Part shown: positions 59,497 through 64,000 of the stretch, piece after piece
Layout of the letters: each line of letters begins with the position of its first letter
How positions within the stretch are numbered: the first letter of the stretch is position 1
Assembly (NCBI GenBank): GCA_951406725.2
Contig: OX597829.1
Span: forward strand, 45,322,001 to 45,386,000
DNA from: Octopus vulgaris
Lineage: Eukaryota
Length of the DNA stretch: 64,000 nt
Direction of reading: 5' to 3'
Made by a program: the position numbers and the translations under genes
The notes under the pieces: model-generated
What the model was told of the DNA's origin: nothing
The model's input: only the letters and a program-made list of their open reading frames with translations
Databases searched by the model: none

Positions 59497-59728
59497 AGGC
59501 GGCGAGCTAGCAGAAACGTTAGCACGCCGGGCGAAATGCTTAGCAGTGTTTCGTCTGCCGTTACGTTCTGAGTTCAAATTTCGCCGAGGTCGACTTTGCC
59601 TTTCATCCTTTCGGGGTCGAATAAATAAGTACCAGTTACGCACTGGGGTCGATATAATCGACTTACTCCGTGTGTCTGTCCTTGTTTGTCCTCTCTGTGT
59701 TTAGCCCCTTGTGGGTAGTAAAGAAATA
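59497..59728 (+). mobile_element. Meta-domain-like SINE with Tx1-like 3' tail
   Basis: B-box GAGTTCAAAT; GCCTTTCATCCTTTCGGGGTCGA..AAGTACCAG core; TSD GGTTGCCTTT. Confidence 0.85.
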
Positions 59729-60837
59729 GGTTGCCTTTCTGTTGGTGTGTCAATGATTTGCATTTGGCTGTGAATTTGTGTCTGTGTCTGTGTACAGCTT
59801 CACTGTCAGATTATCTCTGTCTATGTGAAAGAAATTTGTATATTTATATCTTTGTGCTCTTGCTAGATTCTACAATCCAGAAGGCACCTGAACTTGTTTA
59901 AGTCTACTTGTATCATGTACAAGTTTTTTTTTGTTTTTTTTTCCTCTATGAAATGTTAAGTATTAAATATTAAAAACTTTCTGCTTTTAACACTTTACCA
60001 AAATTATTCTGTGAAATGTAATGTTTATTCATCCACATTGTTTCAAATTAATCGGACATTATCTCATAGCCTCAAGATTTTGTTGTGATTTTACTTATTT
60101 TTAGAATGAGATTGTAGGGTAGGTGTGAGAGTCTGGATCAAGCTGGTTTGAGCATAGACTAAGTAGAACATTTGGGCCTGATGTGGCTATTTTAAATGCT
60201 AAGTATGAGATTTTTTAGTCAAGAGGGAAAACTTGTGGAAACCTGGGCAGAATGCTTGCAACAAAGTAGACTCAATTAAAAGCAGCGAAGGTGCCAGGTA
60301 GTGGCAAATGATCAATTCCCTTATCCAAGTGGGTCATGGCAAGATTTGAGCTCAGACTGCAAAGATCCTGAATAAATACCACCAAGAATCTAGTCCAACA
60401 TGCTTCTGGTTTGGTATGTTTTTATCAACTCTAAAAGGATCACAAAATATACACATGCATGCACACACACATACACACTAGGTAAGCAAATCTGTGCAGA
60501 CTTTGGCCTTTTTTGTATGAATATGTGTAAAATATATATTTGTAGATATGTATATATATTATATATTTAAAATTACCATAAACTTTTTTTTAAATGAGTT
60601 GCTATATAAAATACTGAAATATTTTCATTTTGTTGTTTGTACAGTTTGAGAATTTTCAGGTATGTTTTTTGTACCCTTGTCTCAAAATACCCCAATTGAA
60701 AGTATCAATATAATTAGGACACACACCCGGCAATGCGCTGGGTCCTTTACATGCACAACCATAGCATGTATGGATTGGCATTGGGCCTCTAGAACTATGA
60801 GGACTTTGGGCAGTTGCCTAGCATACTGATCCCTGCA

Positions 60838-60868
<31 letters not shown>

Positions 60869-60960
60869 TTGTTTGAAGAGGGCAAAGTTGTTAGCAGAAA
60901 TAGCTAAGAAATAAATTTAAGCTTTCATACTTTGATTTCTTCTTCAAAATTGTTTTCCAT

Positions 60961-61010
<50 letters not shown>

Positions 61011-62537
61011 TCTTCTTATTACTATTTATTCTTTAACTGGTTCCAACCTGAGGGTTAACTGAATGTGTTTCATTTTGTTTTTTTCTTCTGTTCTCAACAA
61101 TAATAATAAAAAAAATCTGCAACATGTGCCAAGTGGTATTTGTCTTATAAGTAAAGCAGGCTCCCAGAAAAATTGATTATATATATATATATATATATAA
61201 TAATTACTAAATCTATGCCATGAAAAAAATCTTAATGACTAACTCTGGTTAGCCCTGTGCATTTCCTTAACTTCTGTTACTCACTCCTAGGAGTACATGC
61301 ACCCTGGTTATCAATCTTCTAGACTAGAGAAACATATAATATATTATGCCATGGATATTAAAAAAAAACAAACAAACATTATTTACATCAAGATGAGGAC
61401 AAATATCCGTCGAATGTAAATAATGTACATAATTTCTCATCTTTTAAATAATAGAACTATTATTTGCAGTACAGTAATGCCTCGACTATCGTGGGTGTTA
61501 CATCCCCCGCAATAGATGAAAGTCCCTGAAGTAGAAACAGTACTGTATTTTATTTTTAATTATTTTAATAGTCTATATATATTTATAATAAATGCAAAAT
61601 AACACCAGTCTGATCTGGCAGAGTTTCTACAGCTGGATGCCCTTCCTAACGCCAACCACTCCGTGAGTGTAGTGGGTGCCTTTTACGTGCCACCGGCACG
61701 GGCCAGAGGAGGCTGGAAACATCCACAATTGGTTAGAGCTTTTTACATGCCACTGGCATGGATGAGTATTGACAAAAATTTTATATGAATACTGAAAATT
61801 CATTCAATAAATTACAGCCCTCTCAAAATGTTTGTTGTCTTATCTTTGATTATTTTTTGTTTACCTTTTTTTTTTTTTTGCTGTTTCATATTTCTTGTAG
61901 CAAGAGTGACATGAGAATTATCTTCACAGCTCAGGTGCAACAAATATCTGAAAAGATTTTTATTTATCTTTCACTTGTATCAGTCATTGGACTATGGCCA
62001 TGCAAGGGCACAACCTCAAAGGGTTTTTGTCTGATAAATTGACCTCAGAACTTAGTGTTTTTTTAAAACCTAATACTTGTTCTGTTGGTCATTTTTGCCA
62101 AGCTACTCTCACAGAGATGTAAACAAACCAACACTGGTTATCAAGCAGTGGTCAAAGACATGCACATAAATATATAAAAGATCCCCTTTGGTCATTCATG
62201 ACCAAGGGATTGCACCTCAGAAGTTCCTATCTGAAATAAAAGTCCAGGTAAGGCTGGTTCTGGAAAACCAGCAGTCACTCATGCATACCAGCCTCCCCTC
62301 TTCACACCACTGATGTTATCCAAGGGGAAGGTAAAAACTGATATGACTTGGCACCTGTGATATTGCAACTCATTTCTACAGCTCAGTGAACTGGAGCAAC
62401 GTGAAATAAAAAGTCTTGCTCAAGAACACAACACACAGTCCGGTCCAGAAATCGAACTCGTTGTCTCATGATTGTGAGCCTGGAGCATGATGCTCTAACC
62501 ACTGAGCCATGTGTTTGTGTGTGTATATATACACACA

Positions 62538-62744
62538 CAGTAATCCCTTGACTATCATGGGTGTTATGTTCCCAAACCCTCCACGATAAGTGAAGACATG
62601 CGAAGTAGAAACAGTACGGTATATATATTTAAAAAAAATTATTTTTGTAATTTGTATATATTTATTTTATTATAAATGTAAAACAACACCACAGAGGAAT
62701 CGACAAGCTTAAATAATAAACCGTGATATGGCAAGGGATTACTG
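62538..62744. mobile_element. Tc1/pogo-type MITE (partial relative at 61472)
   Basis: TIRs CAGTAATCCCTTG / CAAGGGATTACTG followed by TA. Confidence 0.75.
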
Positions 62745-63328
62745 TATCTCACTCTCTCTATATATATATACACACACAAACATATATATATGATGGACTG
62801 TTCCGTTAGACGACGTATGAGGGTTCAACAATTTCTTGCCGAACAACAACATAGATGATTTGTTTATTGTGATCAAATGTTTGTGTAGACATAAGCTCGT
62901 TCCCTCCATCAGATTGACATTACCTGTACAGGTGCCACATGTCAGATTTCAAAATGATCGCAGAGCAACGTGAAATGAAGTGCTTTGCTCAAGAACTACA
63001 CAACCCCCAATCTGGAAATTGTGAATACAACACCTTAACCACTAAGCTATGTGCCTCCACAATACACACACACACACTGGGCTTTTTTTAGTTCTTGTCT
63101 TCCATTTCCACTCAAAGGATTTGGTTGGCCCAGGGTATTAGTAGACCAATATGGTTGGGAAGCAAACTTTTTACCACACAGCCACAACAATATTTATCAC
63201 ATTGCCTGTCACGTGTCTTAGTGGTTAGGACAATTTTTTATTGAAAAATTTCGTATTTTTATATATATCTATATTTTCTTATAAGATAATATACCTACAA
63301 GTATTTAATTATTTTATTGTTTTTATCT

Positions 63329-63413
63329 TGGACCTGATGAGTGACTATATTTAAATTGAATTGATTTTACTGTTATCAGTTTGAAAATATAGCCATGAGA
63401 CAGGTGTAGTCTA
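63329..63413 (+). ncRNA. Degenerate type I hammerhead ribozyme
   Basis: UGGAC CUGAUGA GUGACUAUAUUU...AAAUAUAGCCAU GAGAC AGGU GUA GUCUA; GAAA has changed to GAGA. Confidence 0.6.
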
Positions 63414-64000
63414 TTTACTATTTATATACTATCTATTTATAATTTCGTACTTTATTTAGTTCTAGGTAAATGTTTGAGCATATCTTTAATTTTTTGCTAT
63501 GTGGTATGACTTAAGTATATCATATCATTGTTGAATTGCTACATGGTGGTTCTTTTCTAATTTATATACATATATATATAATTTAGTTATAAGGATTCAT
63601 TAGTATCAAGGCACATCAACACAATAGGATGTCAGCAATGGCTAGGTATGATAACATACAGCTCACTGTGAGGTAAAACAATGTTGAAAAAACATCAAGT
63701 GTTAGTAGGATATTGTAGTAATGTAAGCACCAAATCCAGTTTAAGCTTTAGGGTTGGTCCTTGGTGTGGCACATGTATAAAAAGTAAGCATAAATAACGT
63801 ACCCCACAGAATTTTTTTAGTTTCCATCTCCCAAATGCACTTACAAGGTTTTGGTTGGTCTAAGGCACTTGCCTAAGATGCCATCTAGTGAGACTGAACT
63901 CAGGACCATGTATTCAGGAAGCAAGCTTCTTACCACACAGCATTTGAAAGAATATATTTCAATGATACTCTTAATGTCTAACTATTCCCATACGTCTTCT

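Overview
Repeat-rich animal genomic DNA. The tRNA-derived SINE families, RTE-type (GAT)n tails and dense TA microsatellites are consistent with an octopus or other coleoid cephalopod (inference). Eight phase-compatible GT-AG exons on the + strand (10869-56974) encode the C-terminal ~433 aa of a probable ETAA1-like RPA-binding protein; its 5' part is not seen in the window. The introns and flanks hold a full-length Tx1 LINE nested in a non-autonomous Helitron, a second Helitron copy carrying a captured Tx1 ORF1 fragment, a CR1-clade LINE with intact ORF2, RTE, CR1 and mariner fragments, MITEs and many SINEs. The main candidates for novelty are: (1) a composite non-autonomous retroposon family with a tandem-monomer head, shared C-rich body and RTE-type tail, of which the 5.2-kb 247-bp array is the head of one copy; (2) the Tx1/Helitron nesting and a SINE sharing the Tx1 3' tail; (3) several hammerhead-like ribozyme motifs, including a G3:C8 covariant. 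All calls were made by eye and no database search was run.
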